Origin: an uncultured delta proteobacterium
Lineage (GTDB): Bacteria; Bdellovibrionota; FAC87; UBA2466
NCBI GenBank assembly: GCA_963778115.1
Contig: CAVZSV010000004.1
Location: 1,696,001-1,760,000 of the forward strand
Direction of reading: 5' to 3'
Length of the DNA: 64,000 nt
Shown here: positions 10,373 to 21,644 of the stretch, piece after piece
How the letters are laid out: each line of letters begins with the position of its first letter
How positions within the stretch are numbered: position 1 is the first letter of the stretch
Notes under the pieces: model-generated
Databases searched by the model: none
Told to the model about the DNA's origin: nothing
The model's input: only the letters and a program-made list of their open reading frames with translations
Position numbers and translations under genes: made by a program

Positions 10373-11908
10373 TTGAGTCTGGTTGACTATGCAAAATTCA
10401 AATCGATTCATTCTTCTCTTTTGAAGTCATTCGAGAAACAAGAGAAAAACGAGTACTACCGCTATTCGACTCTTTGGTCGGGAATATTCTCGCACCGACG
10501 CCCGACAAGAGAGCTTTCCGATCTTTTAGTAGCTCTGAATGAAGCTTCAACAGCCACCGAAGGCGTCGCCGGAAAAGTTCCGGATAACAAAAAGAATCTT
10601 TTCGTCGATTATCATAAAACCTTCATGGACAGTAGCTGGTTAGAGGAATACCCGATGTCGTGGTTGGGGGCTCCGTCGGTCCTGGACTTCGACGATCACC
10701 CAGCCGCGGTTCAGTACCTAAATAACTTGAAACTTTTCATCGATTTTAAATCTTCTTTGGAAGCAGCAAAGGCAGTAAAGGGTAAACCTCTTCACGTGGT
10801 CGAAATCGGAGCCGGCTATGGAGGACTTGCCTACTTCATGCTCAAGTCCGGTCTGGTCGCGAGCTATACGATCATCGACTTACCCGAAAACCTGAAAATT
10901 AGCGCTTTCTATCTGAGCCAGAATTTTTCGGATCGGTCCTATAACGCTTCGTTAATTCCGGACGCTATTGCTGGCAGCGAAAGAAAGGATCTTAACTTTG
11001 TTGCCGCGGGAAATATTGGTGCGCTTTCAAAATGGAAATTCGATCTGGCAATTAATTCCGATAGTCTAGGAGAAATGCCGGCCAACACGGCTAGCGCGTA
11101 TGTGAAATGGATACACGAGCACTTAAATACCGAAGGCTATTTTTTCACAAAGAATGGACACAATAGAGGGATAGACTCCGTTCAATTTCCGCACGAGTAT
11201 GGCTACAGTGCTTATAAGTTGGTAAGCCTAAAGCCCCCAGGTCATATCTCGTATCTCTTTGATGATTTCTCTCATTATGCCCTCCTTCAAAAGACGGAAA
11301 CCGTCTCCAAACCCGTCTATCCCGAATATTATTTTGATGTCATCGGATCGCTCTATGCCACGGGACTACAGGATGAACTCACTGCTATTTCCGACTCCTT
11401 TGTAAACAATCAGCTCACCTCCGAGGAGGAGCGCTTTTTGAAGACTTGTGACCGGTTCTTCACCGCAAAAGCTCCCAAAGAGAAATCACGCATTCTCGAA
11501 GACCAACCTTTCACCGGAGATTATGAGGCCTGTGTTTGGTATCTCAATGGGCTCTCGAAATTTCTGGCGGGTGATTTGAAAGGCTCGATCGAGCTTTTGT
11601 CAAAGTACTTACCGATTGCCCTCTCCTATGTCGGTGAAGCTTACGCTATAATGATCATGGCGCAAAGAGATGCATCGGTCTTAAATCAAGAGTTTCGTTT
11701 TGGAGCAAAAACTCGCTTTGCTATTGATGAGATCGTTGATTATCACCAAATGAAGCCTCCGTTTAAGAAATTGGCGCTCTTACTCCGTACCGAGCCACTG
11801 CGAAAGAAAATCAATTATCCGTCAAACTATCGACCTTCTACGCTTCTAAAAGCGAAGAACGTTATTTTTAACCTTCGAGAAGGGCGTGGTCTAACCACCA
11901 TCAGATAG
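10373..11908 (+). CDS. Putative sugar O-methyltransferase with C-terminal helical extension
   Basis: VVEIGAGYGGLA, YTIIDLPENL and FDLAINSDSLGEM motifs. Confidence 0.75.
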   Translation: MSLVDYAKFKSIHSSLLKSFEKQEKNEYYRYSTLWSGIFSHRRPTRELSDLLVALNEASTATEGVAGKVPDNKKNLFVDYHKTFMDSSWLEEYPMSWLGAPSVLDFDDHPAAVQYLNNLKLFIDFKSSLEAAKAVKGKPLHVVEIGAGYGGLAYFMLKSGLVASYTIIDLPENLKISAFYLSQNFSDRSYNASLIPDAIAGSERKDLNFVAAGNIGALSKWKFDLAINSDSLGEMPANTASAYVKWIHEHLNTEGYFFTKNGHNRGIDSVQFPHEYGYSAYKLVSLKPPGHISYLFDDFSHYALLQKTETVSKPVYPEYYFDVIGSLYATGLQDELTAISDSFVNNQLTSEEERFLKTCDRFFTAKAPKEKSRILEDQPFTGDYEACVWYLNGLSKFLAGDLKGSIELLSKYLPIALSYVGEAYAIMIMAQRDASVLNQEFRFGAKTRFAIDEIVDYHQMKPPFKKLALLLRTEPLRKKINYPSNYRPSTLLKAKNVIFNLREGRGLTTIR

Positions 11909-11934
11909 AGTTAACGCGCAGAAAGGCTTTTTTC

Positions 11935-13230
11935 ATGAGAGTGTGGATTGTCACTGTAGGAGAGCCGATACCAGAGGTTGAAACAAAGGACCGTTTGCAC
12001 CGATCGGGAATCCTGGCGAATTATCTTCTGGAGCAAGGCCACGAGGTTGACTGGTGGGGCTCCACGTTCGATCACTTCAAAAAGACTCACGCTTATTCCC
12101 AGGATACTCTCCTACATCCTCGAGAGAACTTCCGCATTAAGCTATTCCACGGCCGAGGATATAAGCGCAACGTATCTATTAGCAGAATGGTCGATCACTG
12201 GCAGCTCGGAAAGAAATTTACCGCTGCTATAGAACTTGAATCTAATAAACCGGATATTATCTTAAGTTCATTTCCTACCGTAGAACTTTGCGCCGCGGCG
12301 GTTCGATATGGGAAAAAATATTCCATTCCCGTTGTTCTCGATATTCGCGACCTGTGGCCCGACATTTTTGTAGACGCTGTCCCCCGAATTGCTCGCCCTT
12401 TCGCAAGGCTCTTACTCTTGCCTTTGTTTAAGCAAACTAAGCGTGCTTTCGAAAAGGCGGATGGCCTAGTGGGAATATCACCCGGATATCTCAAATGGGC
12501 ACTGGGTTATGCAAAGCACGGGGAAAGAAGATCGGATACCGTTCTTCCCCTGGGCTACAGGTCTACTTCTCCTATCGAAGTAGACGATACTTCAAAAGAG
12601 AGCCTTAGAAAGCTAGGCGTCCAATTTGAGAGCAAAATTTGTTGGTTCATCGGAACCTTCGGACGGACGTACGATTTAGTTCCCGTCATCGAAGCAGCTC
12701 GTCGTCTGCAACAGGAAGGACGAACCGGAGTTCAGTTTGTTCTAAGCGGAAGTGGTGAGAACCATAAAAGCTACGAAGAGCTGGCCAAAGGACTTGATAA
12801 TCTTGTCTTTACAGGTTGGATTAACTCCGCCCAGATACAGTCGATGATGAAAGTGACCAAGATTGGATTCGCGGCTTACCGTGCTGGAGCTCCTCAGGGA
12901 TTACCTAACAAGTTTTTCGAATATTTGTCTGCGGGCATCCCGATCTTGTCATCGCTTCAAGGTGAGGCCAGTCAATTGCTTAGCGAACATCGATGTGGAG
13001 TCACTTACGATGCCTCAAATGCCAATGATTTTGTAGAGAAGCTTTCAACGTTAATAGATGATCCGATTACCCTGAATGAAATGGGTAGTCGAGGAAAGAC
13101 ACTTTTTGATCAAACCTTTTCGGCAGATATTATATATCCGGAGTTGGTCCGCTACTTACAACGGAACTCCAAGAGAACTTCTGAGACGATATTTCCCCCG
13201 GGAGTTTTGACTCCCGAGCCGGCTCTTTAA
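11935..13230 (+). CDS. Glycosyltransferase family 4
   Basis: DIRDLWPD and [15 protein letters not shown] motifs. Confidence 0.92.
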   Translation: MRVWIVTVGEPIPEVETKDRLHRSGILANYLLEQGHEVDWWGSTFDHFKKTHAYSQDTLLHPRENFRIKLFHGRGYKRNVSISRMVDHWQLGKKFTAAIELESNKPDIILSSFPTVELCAAAVRYGKKYSIPVVLDIRDLWPDIFVDAVPRIARPFARLLLLPLFKQTKRAFEKADGLVGISPGYLKWALGYAKHGERRSDTVLPLGYRSTSPIEVDDTSKESLRKLGVQFESKICWFIGTFGRTYDLVPVIEAARRLQQEGRTGVQFVLSGSGENHKSYEELAKGLDNLVFTGWINSAQIQSMMKVTKIGFAAYRAGAPQGLPNKFFEYLSAGIPILSSLQGEASQLLSEHRCGVTYDASNANDFVEKLSTLIDDPITLNEMGSRGKTLFDQTFSADIIYPELVRYLQRNSKRTSETIFPPGVLTPEPAL

Positions 13231-13922
13231 TTCGCATTCTCCACGGATGCGTTTTCCACCGATTGAAAATCTCCGTGTTTATCGATAAGGAACTGATGAT
13301 ACTGGTCCATATCCTTGACGTTTAGTGTCATGTTATCGTCATGCCTACGATAGCGATAAAGAGGAAGTTCCAACCGATGAATCTTATATTTCTTTAAGAA
13401 GCGAATCCGCAAATCTTTATCCTCATGAAGCAGAAATTGGGAGTCATAGAGACCTATCGCCAGAAGGTGTTCGATTCGGAACATAATGCCGCATCCGATA
13501 GGGGACTCCAGGCAGTTTCTTCTTCCCACGACATTCTCTTTTTCATCGACAAGGAGATAGTCACAAGCCACCGCATCCATATAGGGGTTGTGCCTTAAGA
13601 ACAGTTCCAAAATGTTTAAATATTCCGTATTAACGTAATCATCCGCGTCAAGACGAATAATAAACTTGCCGCGCGCCGCGTGAATTGCCTTATTAAGAGA
13701 GGCGGGCAGCCCTTCCCGAATTTCACTATTAATGACTCGAACGGCATCTCCAAACACTTCCAATGCATACCGAGTTCGATCAGTACTGCCATCATTGACG
13801 ACGATAATTTCGTACTTATTCCAACTCATCGTCTGATTCAACAATGACCTGATGCAGCGACCTATGTATTTCTCTTCGTTGTGAGCGGCCACAAGTATGC
13901 TAACGATAGGAACATGCGGCAT
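13227..13922 (-). CDS. Glycosyltransferase family 2
   Basis: [27 protein letters not shown] and ED motifs. Confidence 0.93.
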   Translation of the reverse strand: MPHVPIVSILVAAHNEEKYIGRCIRSLLNQTMSWNKYEIIVVNDGSTDRTRYALEVFGDAVRVINSEIREGLPASLNKAIHAARGKFIIRLDADDYVNTEYLNILELFLRHNPYMDAVACDYLLVDEKENVVGRRNCLESPIGCGIMFRIEHLLAIGLYDSQFLLHEDKDLRIRFLKKYKIHRLELPLYRYRRHDDNMTLNVKDMDQYHQFLIDKHGDFQSVENASVENAN

Positions 13923-14123
13923 CAGAAATCCCCCCGAATTCATGACCCAATTTAAAAATTTTGAGGGTCGGTATGGTCGGTGTCAACTTGTTCTAATTCG
14001 TTGCCAGACAATTTACTGTTACGATAAAGTGGCAAAGGATTCATCTTGCGCTTCCATACGCCGTAGGACTACCTATCAGAACTACCAGGAGGAAAAGTCA
14101 TTCTGGATAAGAATATTAAACCA

Positions 14124-15446
14124 TTGACGGGGTTCCCCTTTTTCTTTGAGCTCGTTCGCCAAACCGTACAACTCGATATTGCAGACGTTAACTATCTCTG
14201 GGGAACCGACCCGAAGCGTTGGGAAAAATTTTTCTCTCCTACTTTGTCGAAAAAAGGGATTTTTTGGAATCTGACCATTCACATGGCCAAGATTCTTCGA
14301 TCGATTAAGAACCGTCTCTTGATCCGACGCGCGAAAAAGGTTCATTACGACGTATTGTTCTTCGCCAATTCCATCAACCAGTGGCGAGCGATGAGTCCGG
14401 TAAAGGACAAGATGGAGAATGGGGTATTTTGGATCGACGGCCCCTTTGAGGGTGAGCTTTGTTTCCCCGCGGTACTTGCCCGTTTGATTGGATTGCTTTT
14501 TTTGCCGTTAGTTTTTCGCGAAGCATATAAGCGTGAACCCTCTATCCAAAAACGGTCTGTGGCTATCTCGTTAAGTCACTATCTCGACGCCTACGGATAT
14601 TTTTTTGTCGGAGCATTATGGTTAAAATGGCTCTCGCCAAAGGCCTTAGTTCTATCGAACGATGATAGTTCCCAAGAGCGAGCGCTAGCTAGATCTGCCG
14701 TTTTCGCTGCGGTGCCCTCGGTTTTTATTCCCCACTCTTTGATTACTCCCGGAGCCCCTCCTCCGTTGGATTTCGATTATGCCCTTCTTGATGGTGTTGA
14801 GACCAAGCAGAAACTAACCGTGCGCAATCCCTCCTGCGAAGTTCATCTTATTGGTATCCCCCGTCGAGTAACCAACTCCGCCTCAGTTCAAATGAAATTT
14901 TCTTCGTCAAAGAATGCAGACCTAGGAATTGCTACGAATGGGATCGAAGAACTCGACGTAATCGAAGCCATTATCGCCGAAGCTCGCACAAAGGTTCCTC
15001 AAGTAACGATTACCCTGCGCCCTCATCCCGCGGATTGGAAGCGAAGACCAGCATTTCGAGCCTTAGCATCCCGATGGAAACTTCAATACTCCGATCCCGA
15101 AAAGCAGACGCCTTGGGATTTTCTCTCACCTTTGGATGTACTCCTGGGTGGAAACTCCTCGATTCTCTTGGAAGGGGCCTTTTTGGGAGTAGTCCCCGTT
15201 CAACACGAATTCTTAGCAAAGGGATTAGATCACTACGGATTAGTAAAAATGGGCCTCGTAAAACAAATTAAGTCTATCGATGAGCTTTCGCTAATTCGAG
15301 AAAATATCTTTGAAATAAGGAAAGCACAGTTAAAGCAAATGCAATTGTTCGATATAACTTTTGGAACTCTCCAAGATGGACAATCGGGAGAACTAGCGGC
15401 GACTATCATAAATAAAAGGATTGTCGAACCCCAGTTGGTTTGTTAA
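14124..15446 (+). CDS. Hypothetical GT-B-like protein, candidate nonulosonic-acid transferase
   Basis: LRPHP and NSSILLEG motifs; directly upstream of a CMP-sugar synthetase. Confidence 0.5.
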   Translation: MTGFPFFFELVRQTVQLDIADVNYLWGTDPKRWEKFFSPTLSKKGIFWNLTIHMAKILRSIKNRLLIRRAKKVHYDVLFFANSINQWRAMSPVKDKMENGVFWIDGPFEGELCFPAVLARLIGLLFLPLVFREAYKREPSIQKRSVAISLSHYLDAYGYFFVGALWLKWLSPKALVLSNDDSSQERALARSAVFAAVPSVFIPHSLITPGAPPPLDFDYALLDGVETKQKLTVRNPSCEVHLIGIPRRVTNSASVQMKFSSSKNADLGIATNGIEELDVIEAIIAEARTKVPQVTITLRPHPADWKRRPAFRALASRWKLQYSDPEKQTPWDFLSPLDVLLGGNSSILLEGAFLGVVPVQHEFLAKGLDHYGLVKMGLVKQIKSIDELSLIRENIFEIRKAQLKQMQLFDITFGTLQDGQSGELAATIINKRIVEPQLVC

Positions 15447-15470
15447 TCGAACCGAACTTACAAGGGAAAT

Positions 15471-16169
15471 ATGATCGCGATTATCCCTGCCCGGGCAGGA
15501 TCTAAAGGCCTTCCCGGCAAGAACGTACGGCCTCTCCACGGCAAGCCGCTAATCGCCTATACTATCGAGGCAGCGAAAGGCGCTCAATCGATAGATCGCG
15601 TTATATTATCCACAGAATCCAGAGAAATCGCTGACATCGGTGTTCAATACGGAGCTGAAGTGCCTTTTCTGAGACCGATCGAACTCGCTCAGGATCACTC
15701 CGCCGCGATCGATACCTATATCCATGTGATAGACCGTCTTAATGATGGGCAGCCCCACGATCGAAAAATCGATGAATTGACCGTGCTTCAACCGACCAGC
15801 CCTTTGAGGACATCGCAAGACATAGACGAAGCCGTGAAGATATTTCAGCAGAAGCAAGCTGATTCCATCCTCGCCTGCGCTCCGGCCCCCCATCCCATTC
15901 AGTGGTTCAAGTACATTGATGAGAAGGGAGTACTCAGAGGATTTTTTCCTGAGTCCCTTAAAAATAGACAAGACCATCAAGTCTGTTATCTCCCTAACGG
16001 AGCCATATATGTCTTTAAGTATTTCTTACTCAAAGAGCTACGAAATTACTCTACCGACAAGACGTTTCCGTACGTTATGCCGGCCCGCCGCTCAATAGAT
16101 ATCGATACCTTGGAAGATTTCGAACTTGCTGAGTTCTTCCTTAGCAAGAACGTGCAAGGCGCCAGTTAG
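15471..16169 (+). CDS. Acylneuraminate cytidylyltransferase (NeuA/LegF-like)
   Basis: IIPARAGSKGLPGKN, LQPTSPLR, NGAIY and SIDIDTLEDF motifs. Confidence 0.95.
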   Translation: MIAIIPARAGSKGLPGKNVRPLHGKPLIAYTIEAAKGAQSIDRVILSTESREIADIGVQYGAEVPFLRPIELAQDHSAAIDTYIHVIDRLNDGQPHDRKIDELTVLQPTSPLRTSQDIDEAVKIFQQKQADSILACAPAPHPIQWFKYIDEKGVLRGFFPESLKNRQDHQVCYLPNGAIYVFKYFLLKELRNYSTDKTFPYVMPARRSIDIDTLEDFELAEFFLSKNVQGAS

Positions 16170-17514
16170 CCTGTTTCAAGGATTTCCCTCGTTTACCCAA
16201 CGATCGAAGCCTAAGGTATAACCAAAGGAATAATCCAAATTCCACCGCTCCATCGTCCACCACTAAAAGAAAATCAATCGGGGACGCAAACAAAGTCAGA
16301 CAAAACCACATGATAAGACAAAGGCCAAAAATATTCGGAACTCTTACCATGTTGCGGACTAAAAGATTAATAACCTTCATCAACCCAACGCTATAGAACA
16401 TCAAGACAATAAGGTTCAAGGGGAATGGAAAACAAAGGAGAAAACTCGTTATTAGTCCAGGAGAGGTCCCTTCGCGTGCTCGCGGGAGCAGAGAGATTAA
16501 CTCATAATTCAACCGGCAAAGATTGGAGAGCTCTGGTCGTAAAACACTGAACGGTTGCCCTGCTAAGACATCCAAACGATATACAAACGCCCTAAAGGGC
16601 AACACCAAATTTTCAAAGGGCTGCAAATCGAATTGCAGCAAGTGATTATTCAAGCCCATCAGAAGAGAATAGTAGGAAGAACTGAAACGCTCCATCCACG
16701 ACAAAACGGCGACCTGAGTGTAATTCGGATCCGTTATCTGGGAAATTACCGCTTCAAAGGAGACATGACGTTTCACCGTCTCACCATAAATCCATGCTAC
16801 TCCGACCAAGGAGACCAACCCCAGAGGAATTAAAATTAAGCGCACTTTCTTTCGATAACTGAGATCCGATTTCGTAAAAAACTGTTTAAAGGTGCGTGGC
16901 GACACCGCGAAGAAACAATAGACGAGCGCAAACGCCGATCCCCATGTCCCATTAATAGTCAGCACAAAAGTCCCAGCTATTAGTAATCGAATCGCCAGAG
17001 GGTCCCATTCCTCTTGATGAGTCCCCCTGCGACGCAGAAATAACTGATAGAAAAAATCAAACCTGAGCAATGTGGGTAGTGTGGCGTAAGGAAAGATTAG
17101 CCAGCCTGCACCTGCAAAACCGGAATCTTCGGCATAGCGAAAACCATTCATTCCCAAGAAGTAACCGGCCATAGCGATGGAAAAACAGAGCATCGCAACG
17201 GGAAGTCGCCATTTTCGACGCTTGGAAAGAAATAACTCTGAATTTTCCATGGTCCTCTGAGGAGCGGACTTGGTCTTATCAAATAAGAGAAGGGAGAGGG
17301 CAAAAACTAGAACAAAGACAATCGCCCATCCGTGAAGAGGGTAGATCCTATAGCCTGAAAAATCTTGGAGATTAAAAAGGGTGTTATAAATCCACGGTAA
17401 TCCGTAGGTAAACCCTAAATAGATCCAGATAACGGCAAGCCCAGGTGAAACCATCGCTTCGAATTTTATTGGAATGGTTCTGCGTTTGCTAGGGAAATAG
17501 CAAATGTTGGGCAC
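16141..17514 (-). CDS. Polytopic membrane protein, candidate Wzy polymerase
   Basis: About 10 TM segments with a large late loop; locus context. Confidence 0.55.
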   Translation of the reverse strand: MPNICYFPSKRRTIPIKFEAMVSPGLAVIWIYLGFTYGLPWIYNTLFNLQDFSGYRIYPLHGWAIVFVLVFALSLLLFDKTKSAPQRTMENSELFLSKRRKWRLPVAMLCFSIAMAGYFLGMNGFRYAEDSGFAGAGWLIFPYATLPTLLRFDFFYQLFLRRRGTHQEEWDPLAIRLLIAGTFVLTINGTWGSAFALVYCFFAVSPRTFKQFFTKSDLSYRKKVRLILIPLGLVSLVGVAWIYGETVKRHVSFEAVISQITDPNYTQVAVLSWMERFSSSYYSLLMGLNNHLLQFDLQPFENLVLPFRAFVYRLDVLAGQPFSVLRPELSNLCRLNYELISLLPRAREGTSPGLITSFLLCFPFPLNLIVLMFYSVGLMKVINLLVRNMVRVPNIFGLCLIMWFCLTLFASPIDFLLVVDDGAVEFGLFLWLYLRLRSLGKRGKSLKQANWRLARSC

Positions 17515-17633
17515 CTAAAACGCACCGAGCTGTCGCATGGTGTTAAGTCTTACTTTCCATGAGAGTCGTCGAATGTAGATTTGAAAAAGAATAGAAAAAC
17601 CATTAACGTTTCACTCAAGGGAAAAGCAGCATT

Positions 17634-18626
17634 ATGATCTATCGAGCGGCGGTAATCGGTTGTGGGAAAATCGGAACAACCAACTCCCTCGATCCTCTGA
17701 TCAAAGGCGTGTGCTCTCATGCTGGTGCCTATATGGCCTGTCCGCAGACAGAGCTCGTCGCGGTTTGCGATGTGGATCGGTCTAGAGCGGAAGCTTGCGG
17801 GAAACAATGGGGAATCAAATCGGTCTATTCGGACCCAGGGCAACTCATCCAAGAAATACAGCCCGAAATCATCAGTATCTGTTCCCCGAACGAAACTCAT
17901 GGAGAGATGTTATCGCGAGCCTTAGCGTCTAACTCGACTCGCGGAGTAATAACCGAAAAACCTCTGACTCTCCATGTCCCTGAAGCGGCGCGCCTGGTGC
18001 GACTTGCCGAAGATCGCAATATCCACTTGGCTGTAAATTACAGCCGCCGTTATTCCAAGGGTCACGCGGAAATGAGGGCGTTTATTCATTCCGATGCTTT
18101 AGGCAAGGTTCAGACGGTGACCGGTTACTATACCAAGGGAATTTTTCATAACGGAACCCATTGGCTCGACCTGGCGCATTGGATGTTTGGCGACGTCAAG
18201 CAGGTTACCGCTTTTAATCTTCGAAATAGGCAGGAACTAGACTGTCAATTAGACGCCTCCATGGTTTTTGAAAGTGGGGCAACCGCATTTCTGCAAGGGC
18301 TAGATCCTTCAGCTTATGCTCTTTTTGAAATGGATGTCTTAGGGACCAAAGGCCGGGTCCGAGTGACACAGGAAGGCCATCAGATAGAATATTTTGCTGT
18401 CGTGGACAGTCCCCATTACAGCGGATTTAGTACAGTCCGAAGTATCGGGCAAAAGAACGGCGAAATGGAAAATAATCTCCTCAATGCCGTTGAAGATTTG
18501 GTGAATAGTATTACTGAAAAACGAAATCCCAGTTGTACTGGGACCGACGGACTTAAAGCTCTCGTCGTTGCATCGTCTTTAATGAAGTCAGGTATGGAAA
18601 ACCGGAGTATTATCATTTCCGAATAA
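17634..18626 (+). CDS. Gfo/Idh/MocA-family oxidoreductase
   Basis: VIGCGKIG, EKPL, VNYSRRY and HNGTHWLDL motifs. Confidence 0.92.
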   Translation: MIYRAAVIGCGKIGTTNSLDPLIKGVCSHAGAYMACPQTELVAVCDVDRSRAEACGKQWGIKSVYSDPGQLIQEIQPEIISICSPNETHGEMLSRALASNSTRGVITEKPLTLHVPEAARLVRLAEDRNIHLAVNYSRRYSKGHAEMRAFIHSDALGKVQTVTGYYTKGIFHNGTHWLDLAHWMFGDVKQVTAFNLRNRQELDCQLDASMVFESGATAFLQGLDPSAYALFEMDVLGTKGRVRVTQEGHQIEYFAVVDSPHYSGFSTVRSIGQKNGEMENNLLNAVEDLVNSITEKRNPSCTGTDGLKALVVASSLMKSGMENRSIIISE

Positions 18627-18666
18627 AATCCCGTTTTCGATAGGCTTTACTTGGAAGGAATATCTT

Positions 18667-19974
18667 ATGAAAGAAACATTTAGCGATTTCAAGAATAGTA
18701 GCCGATCCAGCGAAAAGTTAGCCCTAAACGGGGGGCCTAAGACTATCGAAAAATCTTTCACATACTATAACTCCATCGGCGCCGAAGAGGTGGAGGCCGC
18801 AAAGAAAGTTGTCGAGTCCGGAGTCCTCTCCCAATTCTTGGGAGCCTGGCACGAGGATTTCTACGGAGGGCCTAAAGTCAGAGAATTCGAACAGGCATCC
18901 AAAAAATTTTTCGGAGTAAGGCACGCCGTTACCGTTAATTCATGGACCTCGGGCTTAGTAGCCGCGGTGGGGGCAATAGGGGTTGAACCAGGCGACGAAA
19001 TTATCGTAAGTCCATGGACCATGTGCGCCACGGCAACGGCGATCCTTCATTGGAACGCGATACCAGTTTTTGCCGACATTGACCCAGGGACTTTTTGTCT
19101 CGATCCGGCTTCGGTGGAAAAGAATATTACGCCGCGAACTCGCGCGATTCTGGCGACGGACATCTTCGGCCATTCCGCTGACATGGATGCGCTGAATAAG
19201 ATCGCTAAAAAGCATAATCTTAGAACGATTTCCGATACCGCCCAGGCTCCCTGTGCCCTATACAAAGGAAAATTGGCGGGAACTTTGGCCGATGTTGGCG
19301 GCTATAGTCTGAACTACCATAAACACATCCACACCGGTGAAGGTGGAATCTTAGTTACTAACGATGATGAAATCGCTGAACGTTTGAGACTTATTCGTAA
19401 TCACGCTGAAGCGGTAGTAGGTCCCAAAGGAGTCCAAAATCTAAATAATATGTTGGGCCACAATTTTCGTCTCGGGGAAATTGAATGTGCCATCGGAATT
19501 GAGCAACTAAAGAAATTAGAGAGTTTTGTTTCTAAGAAACAGCGGGTGGCCCGACGACTCACCGATGGATTACAGCAATTAGCTGGATTAAGTACCCCGT
19601 TGGTTCAGCCCGATTGCTCGCACGTTTATTATATATACCCGATGGTTCTGGATATTAAACGTCTCGGTGTTCCTCGGGAGAAAATAATTGCAGCATTATC
19701 GGCGGAAGGAATCGAAGGGGTGACAGCCGGCTATGAACTCCTCCATCTGTTGCCGATGTATCAGAAAAAGATGGCCTACGGTTCTAAGGGGTTTCCGTGG
19801 AATTCCGAATTCGCAAGGAAGGATATCTCCTACGAGCGAGGTATCTGTCCAGTTGCCGAGGAACTCCAATTTTCTACTCTTATGAAATTTTACACCTGTA
19901 AGTTTGATATCTCTGATGAGGAGACAGATTTAATCATCGAAGCATTTAGAAAAGTATGGGCTAATTTGTTCTAG
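18667..19974 (+). CDS. DegT/DnrJ/EryC1/StrS-family sugar aminotransferase
   Basis: DTAQAP, SLNYHKHIHTGEGG (PLP lysine) and GHNFRL motifs. Confidence 0.95.
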   Translation: MKETFSDFKNSSRSSEKLALNGGPKTIEKSFTYYNSIGAEEVEAAKKVVESGVLSQFLGAWHEDFYGGPKVREFEQASKKFFGVRHAVTVNSWTSGLVAAVGAIGVEPGDEIIVSPWTMCATATAILHWNAIPVFADIDPGTFCLDPASVEKNITPRTRAILATDIFGHSADMDALNKIAKKHNLRTISDTAQAPCALYKGKLAGTLADVGGYSLNYHKHIHTGEGGILVTNDDEIAERLRLIRNHAEAVVGPKGVQNLNNMLGHNFRLGEIECAIGIEQLKKLESFVSKKQRVARRLTDGLQQLAGLSTPLVQPDCSHVYYIYPMVLDIKRLGVPREKIIAALSAEGIEGVTAGYELLHLLPMYQKKMAYGSKGFPWNSEFARKDISYERGICPVAEELQFSTLMKFYTCKFDISDEETDLIIEAFRKVWANLF

Positions 19975-20705
19975 CGAGCACTTTTCTGAACGATTTGGGA
20001 GTTGATACCAGCTAACTCAGGTCGGCGCTGAAATAATTCCGCCACATCCCCAATAGTAAACTCCGGATTTTTCGGATAAAGCTCCGCATAAACGAGTTCC
20101 ACCAGCCTAAAGTCTTCTGGGGTATCTACCGTAAGCCTAAGAGAAGCCGCTTCCTTGGGAAGAGGAATCGTAACATTGCGTAGACGGTATTTCTCAGGAT
20201 GCTCCCAGTAGTGAAGGGAAACATGTTCGTGATCGGCGGGATCCTTTGAAATTCGGTTAATTTCGTCTAGCGAATCCTTGGTGAAAACTCGGACATCGGT
20301 GCCGCGGGGAGAGCTGTAAGGGAAAATATTCGACACGAAATCCGCTCCTCCGAGGAGAAAATCGGAAACAGCGATATCGATTATGGCGGGGTCCTGAAGG
20401 GGGGAATCGCCCGTTGTCTCGACAATCAGATCGGCGTCATAGGCATGGGCGGCGCCTAACACTCGTCCCAAAACATCGTCTTCACTTCCCCTAAAAACAC
20501 CGATGCTTAGCTTTTCTGAAAGTTCTACAATGGGATCATCCGCGGACTGATCGGTTGTCGCGATGACTACACCTTCGATGGTCTTGGCCCGCCGCACCCT
20601 TTCCACCATGAGCTCTAGCATCGGCTTGCCTTGAATTGTCCTTAAGACTTTTCCGGGTAGCCGTGTCGACCGCATCCTAGCCTCAATGAAACAAATTGCT
20701 TTCAT
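19971..20705 (-). CDS. SpsF-like cytidylyltransferase
   Basis: EARMRSTRLPGKVL, RGSEDDVL, EHV and RLTVDTPEDF motifs. Confidence 0.9.
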   Translation of the reverse strand: MKAICFIEARMRSTRLPGKVLRTIQGKPMLELMVERVRRAKTIEGVVIATTDQSADDPIVELSEKLSIGVFRGSEDDVLGRVLGAAHAYDADLIVETTGDSPLQDPAIIDIAVSDFLLGGADFVSNIFPYSSPRGTDVRVFTKDSLDEINRISKDPADHEHVSLHYWEHPEKYRLRNVTIPLPKEAASLRLTVDTPEDFRLVELVYAELYPKNPEFTIGDVAELFQRRPELAGINSQIVQKSAR

Positions 20706-20857
20706 GTCCCACTCCTAAAGTAATAACCTTTCGCGTCGCAAAAAACATACTCCCTGCCAAATCTTGAATTTCTATTTCTCTAGCAGGAACATAGAATACA
20801 GGTGAAACGAAATAGTATTAAGAAGTTTGTTCAACTCTTAACGCGGGCTCCCCATCA

Positions 20858-21637
20858 ATGATTCTTGAATTAGGTAAGACCTTAGCGGCAGAATTTGCAG
20901 AAACCGCGCGAGTGGTAAATGCTAAACTTCCCCCCCTAACGGAGACGGAACTACAGATTCATCAAACTCTCGCAAGAACTGGAATCGCAATTATTCCCCG
21001 ATTTTTCGACCAAACAAAAGTTTGGGAATTGAGGCAAGAGGTGGATCGGCTTATAGCATCGTCAAAAAAGTTGTGGGTGGATAAGTGTGGTTCCGACAAA
21101 CGTTACTTTGGAGCGGACAATGCCAGTATCGCCATCCGTGAGTATCTTGAGCATCCCTTCATCCAAAAAATGGGAAAAAGGTATGCTCGTAGTGAACTCA
21201 AAGGGCATCTAAGCTTAGCGGCCAAGATGACCTATCGAGAAGGTAATTTAGGATCCGGAGGGGGGTGGCACCGAGACTCTCCCATTAGTCGCCAGTTCAA
21301 AAGTCTGCTCTACCTCAGCGATGTAGACGAAAAAAATGGCCCCTTCGAATATTTGGTGGGAACCCATCAGAAGAAATCGGTATTGAACTTAGTCTCAAAG
21401 AGGCTGCAGCGATACCGACAGTATCGGTTCACTGACGAAGAGGTGGCTGCGATTCTCAAACAGACTAAAATCCAGAAGCAGCAAATCGTTGGGCGAGGGG
21501 GAGACTTAGTATTGGTCGATACCAAGGGAATTCACCGGGGAGCCCCCATGACGGGAGGTGAGCGTTACGCTATCACCAACTACTTCTGGCGCGATCGGAT
21601 CCCAGAACACATCACCAGTCAGATGAACCTACAGTAG
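20858..21637 (+). CDS. PhyH-family Fe(II)/2-oxoglutarate dioxygenase
   Basis: WHRD, NGPFEYLVGTH and HRG...R facial-triad motifs. Confidence 0.85.
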   Translation: MILELGKTLAAEFAETARVVNAKLPPLTETELQIHQTLARTGIAIIPRFFDQTKVWELRQEVDRLIASSKKLWVDKCGSDKRYFGADNASIAIREYLEHPFIQKMGKRYARSELKGHLSLAAKMTYREGNLGSGGGWHRDSPISRQFKSLLYLSDVDEKNGPFEYLVGTHQKKSVLNLVSKRLQRYRQYRFTDEEVAAILKQTKIQKQQIVGRGGDLVLVDTKGIHRGAPMTGGERYAITNYFWRDRIPEHITSQMNLQ

Positions 21638-21644
21638 TCGGTAG

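Noticed and set aside
10187..10411. N-terminal extension of the NeuB-like ORF
   Set aside because: No family similarity and overlaps the divergent gene start; the later ATG is preferred
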